DNA of 64,000 bases from Prorocentrum cordatum (lineage: Eukaryota). Shown here one piece after another: positions 43,771 to 55,454 of the stretch (positions are counted from its first letter, which is position 1; every line of letters begins with the position of its first letter). Below the pieces are notes generated by a model, which was not told where the DNA came from, made no database searches, and saw only the letters and a program-made list of their open reading frames with translations. The stretch is taken from assembly GCA_963575745.1 (NCBI GenBank), contig CAUYUJ010000003.1, positions 496,001 through 560,000 on the forward strand. The letters run 5' to 3'. A program made the position numbers and the translations under genes.

Positions 43771-44654
43771 TGGAGCCATCGCGTGGTAGATGATCTTCTT
43801 AGGGCAAGCCTGCAACTTTCCGGTGGTCGCGCCCAGTGGTCGCACATGCATGTTGGTCGGTTCTTGGACGCGCTGTAGGTGCACAACATATACCATTGAC
43901 CGCACCTGTGTGATTAGGGCGTAAGCCAAGGCGCCTCTGAGGCTGACATACATGCCGGCGGCCATATTCGATGCCTTGGCGTCATCGTCCGCGTCAGTGA
44001 GTTCAGGATGTTGTATGGGACGGAGCTGTTTAACGTATTCGTTTTGATCATGTGTAGCGTTACCGCCCCCATCTGTTGTGCACCTCGCAGCGCAAGCCGA
44101 TAGTGTCCTCAGTGCCGGCCATATTGATGTCATCAACGTGCTTGGCTGTGAGAAGGTGGAGCTTGTCTCGAACTCGTCGTCATAGGACGTGGGTCTGAGA
44201 CCAAACCCTCTTGTGGTCTCTCGGAGCATCCGAGGGAAAACTCTCGGCGCATCCTTGGTGCCGGTGCTTCGTTTGAGGCGCTGCCAGCAGTGCGTCGACC
44301 CATCGTAGTGCTCGAATCCCGGGGGGGATCTAAACACAGGTGCTGATCCAGGCGGCAGTGCAAAGCACGCCGCACGTTCCTTTTCACCGGTTGTTTCAAC
44401 AGGTTCCTGATAGGTGGGTTCCTTCAAGAATGCCATGTTGATGTCAAGGGAAGCAATAATCCATTGCTTATCGCACGCAGCCGCGCTCGCGAGTAGTCTC
44501 TGACACGACCGCCGCGCCGTTCCTGATAAAGTTTCCACGCCGATGGCTTCGCGGTCCATAACCCCCGAAGTACAAAGCACAATCTACTGGCACGCTCCAT
44601 CTCGCCCTTCCCGTGTCTGACGAACTTCAACTTACGTGCGTACCTCGAAGTCAT
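43771..44654 (-). pseudogene. Copia-type reverse transcriptase remnant (frameshifted)
   Basis: SRYARKLK...LRG, ASLDINMAFLK, GTKDAPR and AKHVDDINMAG (HVDD at 44129-44140, in an alternative frame), then YVSLRGALAY. Confidence 0.9.
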
Positions 44655-45749
44655 GATTTTTGATGCCTTTCATATATCGTGCATTTTGAAGCACTCGTTG
44701 CCAAACAATGTCTTGAGTTCAGTGCATCGGGCTCTAGATGCCGAGTTCAGTGTATCGGGCTCTAGATGCCTGAACTGGATTATCCTGAATGTCGGCCTTC
44801 GTGCGGAGGTCGCCCTCCATGACGACTGCAGCTCGTTTAGCTGCAGCGGTCACATATACTCACATAGCGGCCACACGGCCGACATGCAATAGATTGCGTT
44901 GTTGTTCGGATAGGACTACCTTTGCCATGTCTGCAACGAACCAGAGTTACATATAATGCCAATGCCCGTCAACGTATAATCCGTAAGTGCCGTCTTCGCC
45001 CGTGGAGCACAGTGGGACATGATATGTCTCCGTTATGTCAATATCACGTGGTTTGCCGCGCGTTGGCAGGTGCCCCCGCTGTTCTTCAGCTACCGTGACC
45101 AGGGCGCTGTTGTCGGTGATCATCTGTGTGGGTACAGTGTAGAGGCCGTCTACTGAAGTTGCCTCCAGTAGTTCCCTTTCCTCCTGCAGTTCTGCGCACC
45201 GCGCGTCCATGATATGCGCCTCGAGGTCCGCATCTGGTTCCTCATAAGTAATGGGAAGCCGTCCGTCTTCCTGCGGTGGTTCGGCTCCTGGAGCTTCTCT
45301 GGCGTCGTTGTCTTGCGCGGGCGCGTCAGCCAATTCAAACTTCGTCACGCCTTGGTCGCAGCCCGCCTGAGGTTTAGTGGGCTTCAGGCACTGGGTGATC
45401 CTCGAATGTGCTGATCCAATTATACCGTATACGTTCAAGGCAGTACCTTCGGCTTCGTAATAGTGGAAGCCTGGATTCACGTCGTTGTCATAGTGCAACA
45501 GCGTACAACTGTCAGCATAAGCCACTGGAGGTAGCTCGTGGATACTCTTAGCTAACCTGACGGAGACTACGTTCTCGGTGCGAAACACAACTGTACTTGA
45601 GGAGGTAGTCGGCCTCGAACTTGACATGTGGAGCATTCCCTTATTGGTCGGGGCATAACTACATGTCAGTGCAGGTCGCCCCGCAGGTGAACTGCCTACG
45701 AATGTCAACGCAGTCCGTAGTGCTGCGCTGTCTGCGCCAATTTCTCGAG

Positions 45750-46765
45750 CGATCAAAGCTTCGATGCATGGTGAATGTCGTGCGTCGCCGTATTGGACTT
45801 GCACATCACGGTTGCCCACTCCGATGATGACTTGACCCCTGTCGAGATCGATTCGCACGACCGGGAAGGGACCATTCCAGCCTCCCCGGTCGTCCTTTGC
45901 AGTAGTGGGACGGCGATAGTCAACCAGATCTCCTTCGTCAGAGTAATGCTGACCCGTGACAGCGGTGTTGGTCCGTAGTGAACGATTGGTTTTGGCTGCT
46001 GCAGTGGCTTGAGTGATAGCCTCAATGCTTACGCGGCGGATAATCTGTTCTCGAGAGCGGTCGGATTTTTGTCTGCTGTTCATGGTCCAGAACAGGCAGG
46101 TCGGGTAGCATCGCTGGTTACCGTCCAAACAATGCGTTGCATGGAGAAACCTAATTGTAAAAGGTAAACGCGTTGGCGGCAAATAAAGCTTCATGCAGTA
46201 GACGTGAGAACACAAGAAATATGTCTAATCTGTTGAGTTCAGCTTCCATGGCGCGAAGCAGATGTCGTAGTAGGCCGCTGCTGGCTTCAATTGTCGTTGC
46301 GCGTTGTCCACGCGCGCGTGTCCTCAGCTCAGTGTCTTTGCCTTAAGGACTGCTTTTGCTGCGTCGTTGCAAAGTGCACCCTCTCCGTTGGAGTAGAGTA
46401 GTTTAGCAGGTCCGGATTGCATGCAGCACTGATGATGCGCATCTAAGATGCTGGTCATAGTTTCATCTGGTATCTCGATGCCAGCACCATATCGAATGCA
46501 ACGATTATATAAGCATGCATTGTAATCCTGCTTGTAAAACATCAGAACACATTCGACTTCTTCATTGAACTTGCCAGGTAGTGCAGTAGACGGCATAACG
46601 GCGTGCCCTGGCTTGCCCCAAGCCCCAGCCCCCCGACAAGTATCACATGCGCCCTTTTTCAGGTTCAGCCTGACATTGTCCAGACCAGCCTCAGTTAAGA
46701 TGGGTCTCGTCTTGAGCTCTTTGGCGAGGAACCGCCGCTCGCAAGTGCAGTTTTCGAAACTCGCG
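45750..46765 (-). pseudogene. Retroviral-type integrase remnant (HHCC + core)
   Basis: RKLHLR...CDTCRG Zn-binding remnant (~46630-46760), FNEEVEC, GPAKLLYSNGEG (degenerate second Asp region), RARGQRATTIE helix and GDLVDY...GGWNGPFPVV C-terminal motif. Confidence 0.8.
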
Positions 46766-47499
46766 TGTTACCGCGCTTGGATCATGGATGCGAAGGTTAT
46801 GTCGCCTAATCTGTGCATTGAACCTTGGCCAGTCTGGAAGTCTTGGACGAGCAGCAGGGTCACCCGCAGGTGGTGGTGGAGATGAATCCCCACCTGTCGT
46901 CCTCGTCTGGCTACTACTTGTGGTAGCCGTCTGTGATCGTCCGAGCTGCTGGCTGAACTCGAGGCAGGTTGCCCCGCAGCCGGTTCAGCGGCATGTCTGC
47001 CCACGGTAATGTCGTGGCTTCTGGCGCCCGTTGCTGGTCCAGCTCTGAAACCAGGCCTCGGAGCTCGTAGCCGCGAAATTTGCTGGGCGGCTGGTGCCTC
47101 GGATGCTGCTGCCGCCGCAGGTGGTGGTGCTGCCGGTTCGGCAGGAGCCGGAGGCTTCTGTCCGTGGTTGTCAGGCAGCTTCCACGGTCTGGCAAACTTA
47201 CGTTTGTCAGGCGCAAGTAAGTGCCCAGGTTGAGCCTCACCATAGTTCTTCCTGCAGCGTGGGCATTCCCAGTAGTAATCCTCCTTATCGCACCAACTAC
47301 AATGCTTAGGGTTCCTATCTTGTGAAGGGGAATGCATGTTGACGCTGTCCGCTCATGCTGGACATCCCCATCCTCCCGAGGGCGGTCTCATGATCGACCC
47401 GTCGAGGTGCCAACGGATAGCTGGGTCATCCAAGTCGAATCTTCGCATGTTTGTGACGAAAAGGGAAGATGAATGAGGATGAGCACGCAACGGGTCACG

Positions 47500-48155
47500 A
47501 CTCACTAGGAACACGTCATGAGCAATTTGAACTGCGTCTACGAAGAGGGACTGCATCTTCGGAGTAGATTGGGCTGCCCTGGCCAGTTCCTTGTTACAGA
47601 CCGAGGCATGCTGATGACGGCCCGTGCACCGCTTCCTCTCGAAAGGTGTCAGCAAGAGACGGTGGCTGGCCATTATCTCAGTAGGTCTGCGTTTTAATAC
47701 CCCATGGGGGTCACGAAGACCCGCGGTGCATTGGTCCATGTGAGTTTTGCAGGTGCCCTCGCGTTTGCCCAACGTAGTATGGTGGTATTTCGTTCACCCA
47801 CATGCCCACCGTTTGTTCTCGTAAGTGAAACCGTCGGAAGTCATTTTGACGTACGGCAACCCTTCCACATAACTTCATGTGTGGAAGGTATTCCTTGTAG
47901 TGTTCATGCCGCGTGTCGTAGTTGACCTTAGAATCGAAGTAGGACGGTCGTCCGGTCGTTCTTCAGTTAGATTGTAACAGAAGAACGTTGACGAAGCACA
48001 CATCCAACAAGCAGTGCATAACTGCGTCCTGGACTTCCTTGTTCCCAAGGTCAACATAGGAACGTTTATCGAGGTTTCCCCCTGAGGATCATACTCGGCT
48101 GAAGGCTAACGGCGCTATTCTCTCCTTACCTCCACATCGTTCCAGCATGTCTACC
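47500..48155 (-). pseudogene. C5 cytosine DNA methyltransferase-like domain inside pol (decayed)
   Basis: Hand translation: VDMLERCGGKERI (motif I-like), GNLDKRSYVDL, VLLLQSN*RTTG (motif IV-like; TGA at the expected Cys), FHLREQTVGMW (motif VI-like), DQCTAGL...KRRPT, RCTGRHQH and AAQSTPKM. Confidence 0.65.
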
Positions 48156-48963
48156 TTGCTACGTCGCCCGTAGCACAAAGTTGGGATTCTGGAAAACACA
48201 TCGGCATGTGCATCCGCAGTAAGCCCCGCTGGTAGTGTGATGAAGGCTTCCCCATCGTCGTCACTCTCGGTGTCCAGGGGAACGCCGGTGCAGCGGGCGC
48301 CACGCCCGAGGCCCTTCAGGTCCTCACCGCAGTCGTCGCTGCCGTCTTCGACTACTTTGGGTATCTCGAGTGGCTTGACGCCGGCTACTTCATCAACTTT
48401 CTATTTTCCCTTCTGCTTTATCCGGGCAGCAATTGGTAAAGCTGTCTGTTGTTGTTCAGCATCGGGCGAAGTAAGTGTCGGGAATTCGGGAATGGGGATA
48501 GCGCACGGCCGCGCTCAATCGAAGGGGGGGGGGCGATCATCATCAACGGTCGTAACCCGCCTTGGGCGCGGTCGCTGTCCCTGGTCTCCGAGTAGGACTG
48601 GCGCCGGAGGCTCCCAATACAATCGGATACGAACGTTCGTCGCACCGTTTGGTACTGGTGCATTGTAGTTGCACCCGATAGGTTGATCTTGAACCTGAAC
48701 GTCCTGTAAAAATCACATCGTCGTCGAGGTTCATCGTCGCCGGGCGTGCCACATGATCCCATTGAGGGCCATTCTTAGAAGACTGGACGTAAGTCTGAGC
48801 TCCTTTGTCCACTCGTGTGCAGTACAGCACCCGTATGATTTCTCTCAGTTTTGTGGCAATCTATTTGATCAAGTAGCCTTGCAGTCATGATAGAAAGTGC
48901 TTCGTTTCGCCATTCCGCCCTCTGGGCGCCCTGGCCGTACCAATATAACTCATGCTCTGCGTG

Positions 48964-49450
48964 TTACGCTGGTTTCCCTGCAGTTTGGCATGTGCATTCC
49001 CGCAGGTTGGTCGGAACGCGCGCGCCGGTGGTTGCCACCTGCAGGTGCGACCCGCTCGGCAAACGACTTGAACGGTCGAACTTCAGACCGAAGTGGCAAC
49101 GTCGCATACGCATGACCTGCAAGCCTACATCTTCAATGGTATCGCGCATAGGACCGAATGTCCAAAAGTATCCTGGAGGCCCCACAAACACTATAGACGT
49201 AGAGCCCGAGCTTTGACCATCAGAATTTGGATGCGTTGGCAATGCGGCCCCACCCTCTGCCCAGGCAATCGCACGCGCCAGTCAGCGGGCGTTGCCACCC
49301 ACAGTAGTCGGCAATCCCCCTAAAGTAAGCCGCCCAAGTACTGTGTACCAGTAGAGGTCATAACCTCTGTGTGTAATACGATCACACATGCATCCTCGAG
49401 CTCGGAGTTCAGCGCAAACTGTTCGTATTTCTTCAATATCAAGGGCACGA
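48964..49450 (-). pseudogene. Second, more divergent DNMT-like domain lacking catalytic motifs
   Basis: LLWVATPADW, IVFVGPPGYFW and RMRRCHFGLKFD parallel motifs IV, VI and the CxxGL motif in the same order and with similar spacing. Confidence 0.4.
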
Positions 49451-50077
49451 TAATGAGGATGATGGTGATGATGAGATGAACGCCATTTTTCTTCGGCAGC
49501 CGCATAGCCGGGTCCGCCACTGCCCCTGGCGCGCACAGCCGGCGCCTGGGACAAGTATGCAGGTGTCCCCGCGCCTGACGACAACGCCTCAGTGCTTGGC
49601 CTGTCTGGGCAAGCGCGAGCGGCCGTGGCGCGCGCCCTGGGGCGCCCAGACGCCCGTGCCATGGGCCCCTGGACCACTGCTGGAAGTAAAGGTGTCCCGC
49701 TTGCTGCCCTCCTCATAGCTGGCCCGATAGACCTTAGCCTGCAAGTTCCGCAAGGCGAAGTCCTGATCGGCAGGCGCGGGGTGGCTCCCATTCACTGTAT
49801 TTCTGCGATGCCAGGTCTTGAGGGCGTTGTTCACCATGGACTGGATTGCGTAAGAAAGCGTCTCCTCGTTGATGGAGTGACTGATGCCCCTTGCGCCCTG
49901 GAACATCATGCATGCGCGGGCATCCTTAGGCGCGGGCGCCCCCGCATTGCTGGATGCAGGTTGCCCCGCCAGCGGCTCCACATCTGCGACCTCCTTGATG
50001 AGCACGGGCGTCTCCTCGCACTGAGGGCTGGCTGTGACAGTAAACGCTGTCGAGCCATTGGCCTCTGTTGCGGCCCC

Positions 50078-50520
50078 CTACCCGTCGACCTCAATCGCCA
50101 AGTGTCCTGACGGCGTCTGTATCAGGTCCAGCCCCCTGGCGCCTCTACCAAGGAGGAGCCTGTGCATGACTGGACCTGGGATCGAAATGGCGCGCATGGT
50201 TGACATGCTCCTTAACCCCAGGGTTGCAAGGATATTATCGCCAGATCCCTCTGCCACATTGGCTGAGTAGGTGTCTAACCTGGCAAGAGCGGGTGCCCCC
50301 GCGGAGTCGCCCCTTTCCTTGCATGTAATTTTGCAACGCATCAATTTGTCGCAAGCGGCGGCTCCATGCCCCACTCCAGACACATACAGCCTCCAGTCAG
50401 ATCCAGCTTCTTGATGTCGTGACCATGGGAGCGCTAAGATCACTCAAATGTTTCTGCAGCTTTCAAACCAATGATGTTGGTGTTGATGTCGCTGCCAATG
50501 TCCAATAGGATAATCCGCAT
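50078..50520 (-). pseudogene. Retropepsin-like aspartic protease remnant
   Basis: MRIILLDIGS (Asp at 50500-50502), flap-like VSGVGHG, ATLGLRSM and TPSGHLAI. Confidence 0.78.
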
Positions 50521-51324
50521 TCAATCCACCATGTATCCACTGTTCGCTGCCAGGGTTATCTAATGTCGTTCACCGAAAATGCCCGGCACAGCGGACAGGG
50601 TCGCGCCGTGCATGCCCTTACGGCGCCTTTGACCCAGCACCCACTGATCCCTCGCCATCGATGTAAAGACGTTAGTGTACCCCCTGGCCTCTTCTTCTGT
50701 GATAGGATGCGTCTGGAAGATCCACGAGGAAGGGTACCCAGCATATGTAGAGGGCTGCTGTTCAGCAAGTGGAATGTTCTCAAAGGTGTCCTCGTCGGCG
50801 CGCACGGCTGTCTGCCCATCTGTATTGACCGTCAGCACCGTGTGTAGCATGTCGCGCTCAGATATGGCACAGGCACCGCTGCGCGCGCTCGCTGGGCTCT
50901 CCTTTCTGCGTGTGCGTAGCGGGTGTCCCCACGCGCTGCAATGCGGCGTGCGAAGCCAGTGCATGCTTGCTTCAGTGGATCGCTCTATACGCCTCAGCCA
51001 TGTATCAATGGCAGGCAACCCTGCTGGCGCCATTTCGACAGGTGTCCCTGCAATAGCTGCTGATTCGGCTGCCAGAGGCATTTGCACTTCAGTGGCTGGC
51101 ATCGTGGCAGTAGGGTTCTGTCGCACATAAGAAGGTGCAGCAGATTGCCCCGCAGATGCAGCTGGTGGCTCTGCAGCAGCTGCAGCACCTGTCATCATCG
51201 CCGCGACGCGGTCCAGCTCTTCACGGAGGTCTCTGAATTAATTTGCCCCGCGGGGTACTTCTTCATGCCGATTCGCTACGTTTTGCCCCCAGCAAAGGCA
51301 GAATCAAACTCAGCTGTGCTGAGG

Positions 51325-51495
51325 CCTACGCCTCTGCAGATAGCGCATGGTGCCTCACTTGGTGCGCCTTCCAGCTGTCGCTCCACGCGTGCGTGCGCCA
51401 CGCGATCCCAGCACTGCGCATGCAATATACGACCACACTGAAGCCTCCACACATTGTCGTGGTATTCGAACTTGTCCATGCGTATGGCACGCTTG
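51325..51495 (-). pseudogene. RING-H2 finger remnant within gag-pol
   Basis: (R)AI(R)MDKFEYHDNVWRLQCG(R)ILHAQCW...PCAICR matches the C-x2-C...L-x-C-x-H-x2-H-x2-C...C-x2-C pattern, with three ligands changed to Arg. Confidence 0.75.
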
Positions 51496-52899
51496 GTGAA
51501 ATCACCGTCACTTATGATCGGTGGCGTTACCGATGGCCTGACGCGCGTCTGTCGATCATGCGTGGATTCTTACATCTCATGCCGACTCGGTGGGGTTGCT
51601 AGTGCCGTTGGTGGCCTCGCAAGCATTGGTCCCATCGAAACCGCTGCTGATAGGCTCATTGCGGGTTGCCCCGCAGCTGCGGGAGCAGCGGGCGCCCCCG
51701 CACGATTCATCACGCGGCGTAACTGTCGCTCCTGATTGCGTCGTTGGCGAGCCAGTTGAGAGAGGTGGGCCTGCACCTCGTGGATGGCCAATATCTCGGG
51801 GTGCAGCTCTCCCATAGACGCGGGTGCCACCAGCTCTGGACCGCGTTGATTGACCTCCTGGTCCATGGGAGCTGCCAGGTACCCATGATGGGACACCTGA
51901 CCTGGGATGCCAGATTCGCATCCGGCTTCCCGCGTCAACTGGGGCCGATTACAGGCATCGGCAGCTGCCCGAACGCACGGGCTCTCGGTTTGAAGCCGAC
52001 TCGGGGAATGCCAGTCGCCTGAGCATAACAAGCAGGAAACATAGGCGCATCCATAGACGGCGCAACAGGCCTCTCAGCAGCCGTCGGATCGCACGCCGGA
52101 TGATTCAAATAATCTGGTATGTATCCATATATATGTACATATATATATATTAGGATGATCAGATGATGGATTCGCGTCTGGAAAGTATTCCCAGGGCAGA
52201 GTCCAGTTGGTGCTCGGGAGGTCGATGCCGCCCCGCCTCATGTTCTCCATGGCCTTACGCATCTGCCCGTGCAGCCACTGCTGCTGCCCCAATAGGCTCT
52301 CGGCCCTCTGGACAGACCCCTGGTCTGCAAGAGCAGGTTGCCCCGCGACAGCACGTGGAGATGCAAGCACGACGTAGCTTGCAAGGCTTGGTAGAGCTGA
52401 GGATCCATCTTGATGCTGTGAAGTCTGGCCTGCAGACTGTTGGTACTCCAGGCGCTCTGCGGGGTGCCGAACGGGGTCGCGGCCCTGCCCACGGGTGCGA
52501 CTGCGGCGGGTGGCCCCGCAAGTGCCGGCAACTGCTGCGCCTGATTGCGCCGCGGGTCGCTGGCGCACAGTCCGTCGTTCAGCGCGACTCCGCTGGGTGT
52601 CATGCCAAACAGGTCAGCGCTCTGAGCTTGGATCCATGACCCACCCGAGCCTCCCGCAGGTGCCCCTGCTTGATGCACCTCTTGTACCGTAGATAAAGAG
52701 GCGTGTTCTGGATCCGCCGCATGTGTCGAAATACGGATCTTGAGGGAGTCATAAGCACAATCCACCGTTCAATGTTGAAGCATCGTATGGATGCTGATAG
52801 TATTCCCTTGACACAGGATTGGGACCGTGCAGGTAACCCCGCTCGTTGTCTTCAAAGTAAAAAAAAATACCCAAGCCTGCCCAATTCGATCATACTTGC

Positions 52900-53655
52900 G
52901 CTGAACATTGCTAGGCTTGATGCCAATAAGTTGAACAATGTGGGCTGGCGGAATCCGACCTTTGATGCCCAGGCCATGATGATGTCGCTGGCAGACCACC
53001 AGACTGGGATGTTGTCGCGAAATAGGTTCTTGAGGCTCACCATGATAAAAACATCGGATTCCATCGGCAGGCCTGAGTGAATCCGCCCATCTACAGGTAA
53101 GCACGGGCATCCGTGAATCATCTGCCTGCCTTTTCCCTCCGGGGTTGTCCTCGCCGCGGCAGGACAGACCAGCGCGTGGCACGTTATGGGCGCCTATCCA
53201 GTGGGTGCCGCGAATGAAGTAGCACGGCGCCCCCGGTTCGTTCAGGCCTGTTACCCATGAGCACAGAGGTTCTGGGCATCGGATGCCTGGATGGCCGCGT
53301 CCACTGCGCAAGAAATACGTCGGGCGGGCTTCCCCGCAAAACTTGAGCAGCTTCACCTGCTGTCGGTTCTTCTGCACGCCGGAATTGTCCTCGAATATCC
53401 CGCAGAGATTGAGCACGGCCAGTGCTTGATATGCCCAGTGCCGGCCTCGGGGGCATTTCTCGATGACACCCAGGTGATGAATGTGCCATTGCTCGTGGTT
53501 CCCCGGCGGCCGATTGTCCAGCGTGTCTCGGAGGCCCACCCAACCGTCCAACCCGTCGCACGAGGTGACGCAGCTCATAAACTGGCCAGAGAGCCTGTCG
53601 CGGTGAAATGGCTTGCGCCGAATGGCTGCAGCGAGCCACTTCGAGCAGCAGCGCT
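52900..53655 (-). pseudogene. Tpt1/KptA-like RNA 2'-phosphotransferase domain within gag-pol
   Basis: SKWLAAAIRR (~53625-53644), DGLDGWV (53537-53557), FLRSGRGH (53291-53314), FIRGT...AGL (from 53218) and GRIPPAHI (~52937-52960) match SKxLSxxLRH, DGWV, IRAxQGHS, HGT...GL and GxIPP in order. Confidence 0.72.
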
Positions 53656-55454
53656 GATCGCGCTCGCTCGGGGGCATCGTGCTCACATGCGCATCGCGCA
53701 GTATCTGCACGAAGTATTCCTCCTCGGAGTTGAAGCTAAGGGCAGGTTCTTTCCGCGAGATGCTGCGGGCGCGCGGGCGGCCATGCGAATCGTCATCAGC
53801 GCATGCGGCGGTACTTTCTATATTGCATTGCACCGCCCTGGACGCAGGGCGCGGTTCAGCGGGCGCCCTTGCAGGGGTCGCTGCCGCGGCGGGCGCTGCA
53901 GATGAGCTTGCGCTCTCAGATGACTTCTTCTGTTCGCGGATGTCGTAGCAGTGGCATCCCGTGATCTTCGGAGCAGCTCCTGGCGCTCCTGATGTTGTCT
54001 GCAGTGCCCTCTCACCCTCATCTCGCTGCGAGGAGGGGCCCCTGGTTGCACCATCCAACGATGGCGCCCAGCCAGTTCCCCTGTGGGTCCTGCCAGGGGT
54101 TGGGCCGCGCGCGTATGCAAGTTCCTTCGGCGCGGGGGTGCTGCTGCCTTGGAACACCGACGCTGCCGCGGCTGCTGCGGGCCCCCTGGAGCGCAGTCTG
54201 TAAGCAGGCTTCCCCGCGGGTTTGCGTGACTCGGTGCTTCCAGAGTCTGCCTCTGCTGGACCGGTCCTATTCCTTTGTTTAGATGACGCTGAAATCGGTG
54301 ACCTCGGCGCACTTGGCGATGGAGGTAGATCGACGCCCTTCTCAGATCGCCTCCAAAGAGGATTCGGGTCCTTGGGCGGTTTCTCAGCGGGCGCCCCCGC
54401 ATTTGAAGACGCCGCAGGTGCCCCCGCGTCTCTCGACGGTGATCTCTCGGGGTAGAAATCCCATTGGACCTGTAAAGTGACGCGTTCTTGATCTTAGCCT
54501 GTTGTAAGTGGCCAACTTACGGTGTCTATCGTCCAGCTTGCACAGGACCTCGGTACCAAACCATCCGATGTCTCTGGCATGATGCGACGCCAGCGTACCA
54601 GGCGCCAAGGCCATGTCCTCCGCCACTGGTTGGGCGATGTCCATATCCGCATTGGTTGACTCGCTGCTGTAGGTACATTCTGAATCATGAACAGCAGCAG
54701 CGGGGTCAACTGCCTCAGCGCGGCCGGGGCCGCTAGCCCTTCCACCGCCCATCGGGGGGCCAGCGCCTTCATGGGAAGGCGCTGTGCGCCACTAGAACGG
54801 GCGCGTGAACCCCGCGCGAATGACTCCGACAATTGCGCAGCGGGTGATGACTCTCGGCTTCCCATTCGTCTTCGTCGCCGTCTTTACGACGCACCCGCCT
54901 CCAGACTGGGCGGCTCGTGAACCGGTCGCGCATTGCGAGCGTGAAGTGACTGCCTGCGCCATGCCCAAATTCGCATTGGATGCGTTCGGAAAAGTCACCA
55001 GCATCGCGCGGGTTTCCCCGCAGAGGGTCGTCGTCGCGTGATTCTCCGTATATCGGATTCCCTGCAGCTGGGGCACCAATAATTGCTCCTCCTCTGTTGC
55101 TTGTACTGTCGTATCAGAGTCCGCAGTTGCCCCCGCCATCTCGCGGTCCGAATCGGCGGGCACGTGGAAATCCTCGACGAACTCAATCTGCGCTGGTTGC
55201 CCCGTGATGGGAATGCCCAACCAGTCCGCCAGGTTACTCTCGTCGCGCCGTCGTGGCCAACGTAGACCCCCTTCGAAGAGCTCGTCGGCATATCTCTCGA
55301 GGGACGCGCTGGCGCTTAGATGCCGGGCGGCCATGAAGTGGGCGGCGGCAGTGGGGGTGCACTCGGGTTCGGCTCGTACAGTCTCCCAATCGACATGTTG
55401 AATGTCCGGTTCGGTTTGAGCCAAATCTGGCGTTGGACCCCTGCCCCCCCCATC

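Noticed and set aside
55415..55431. Spliced-leader-like GCCAGATTTGGCTCAAA on the minus strand
   Set aside because: It lies inside gag-pol coding sequence and lacks the terminal AG, so it is likely chance.
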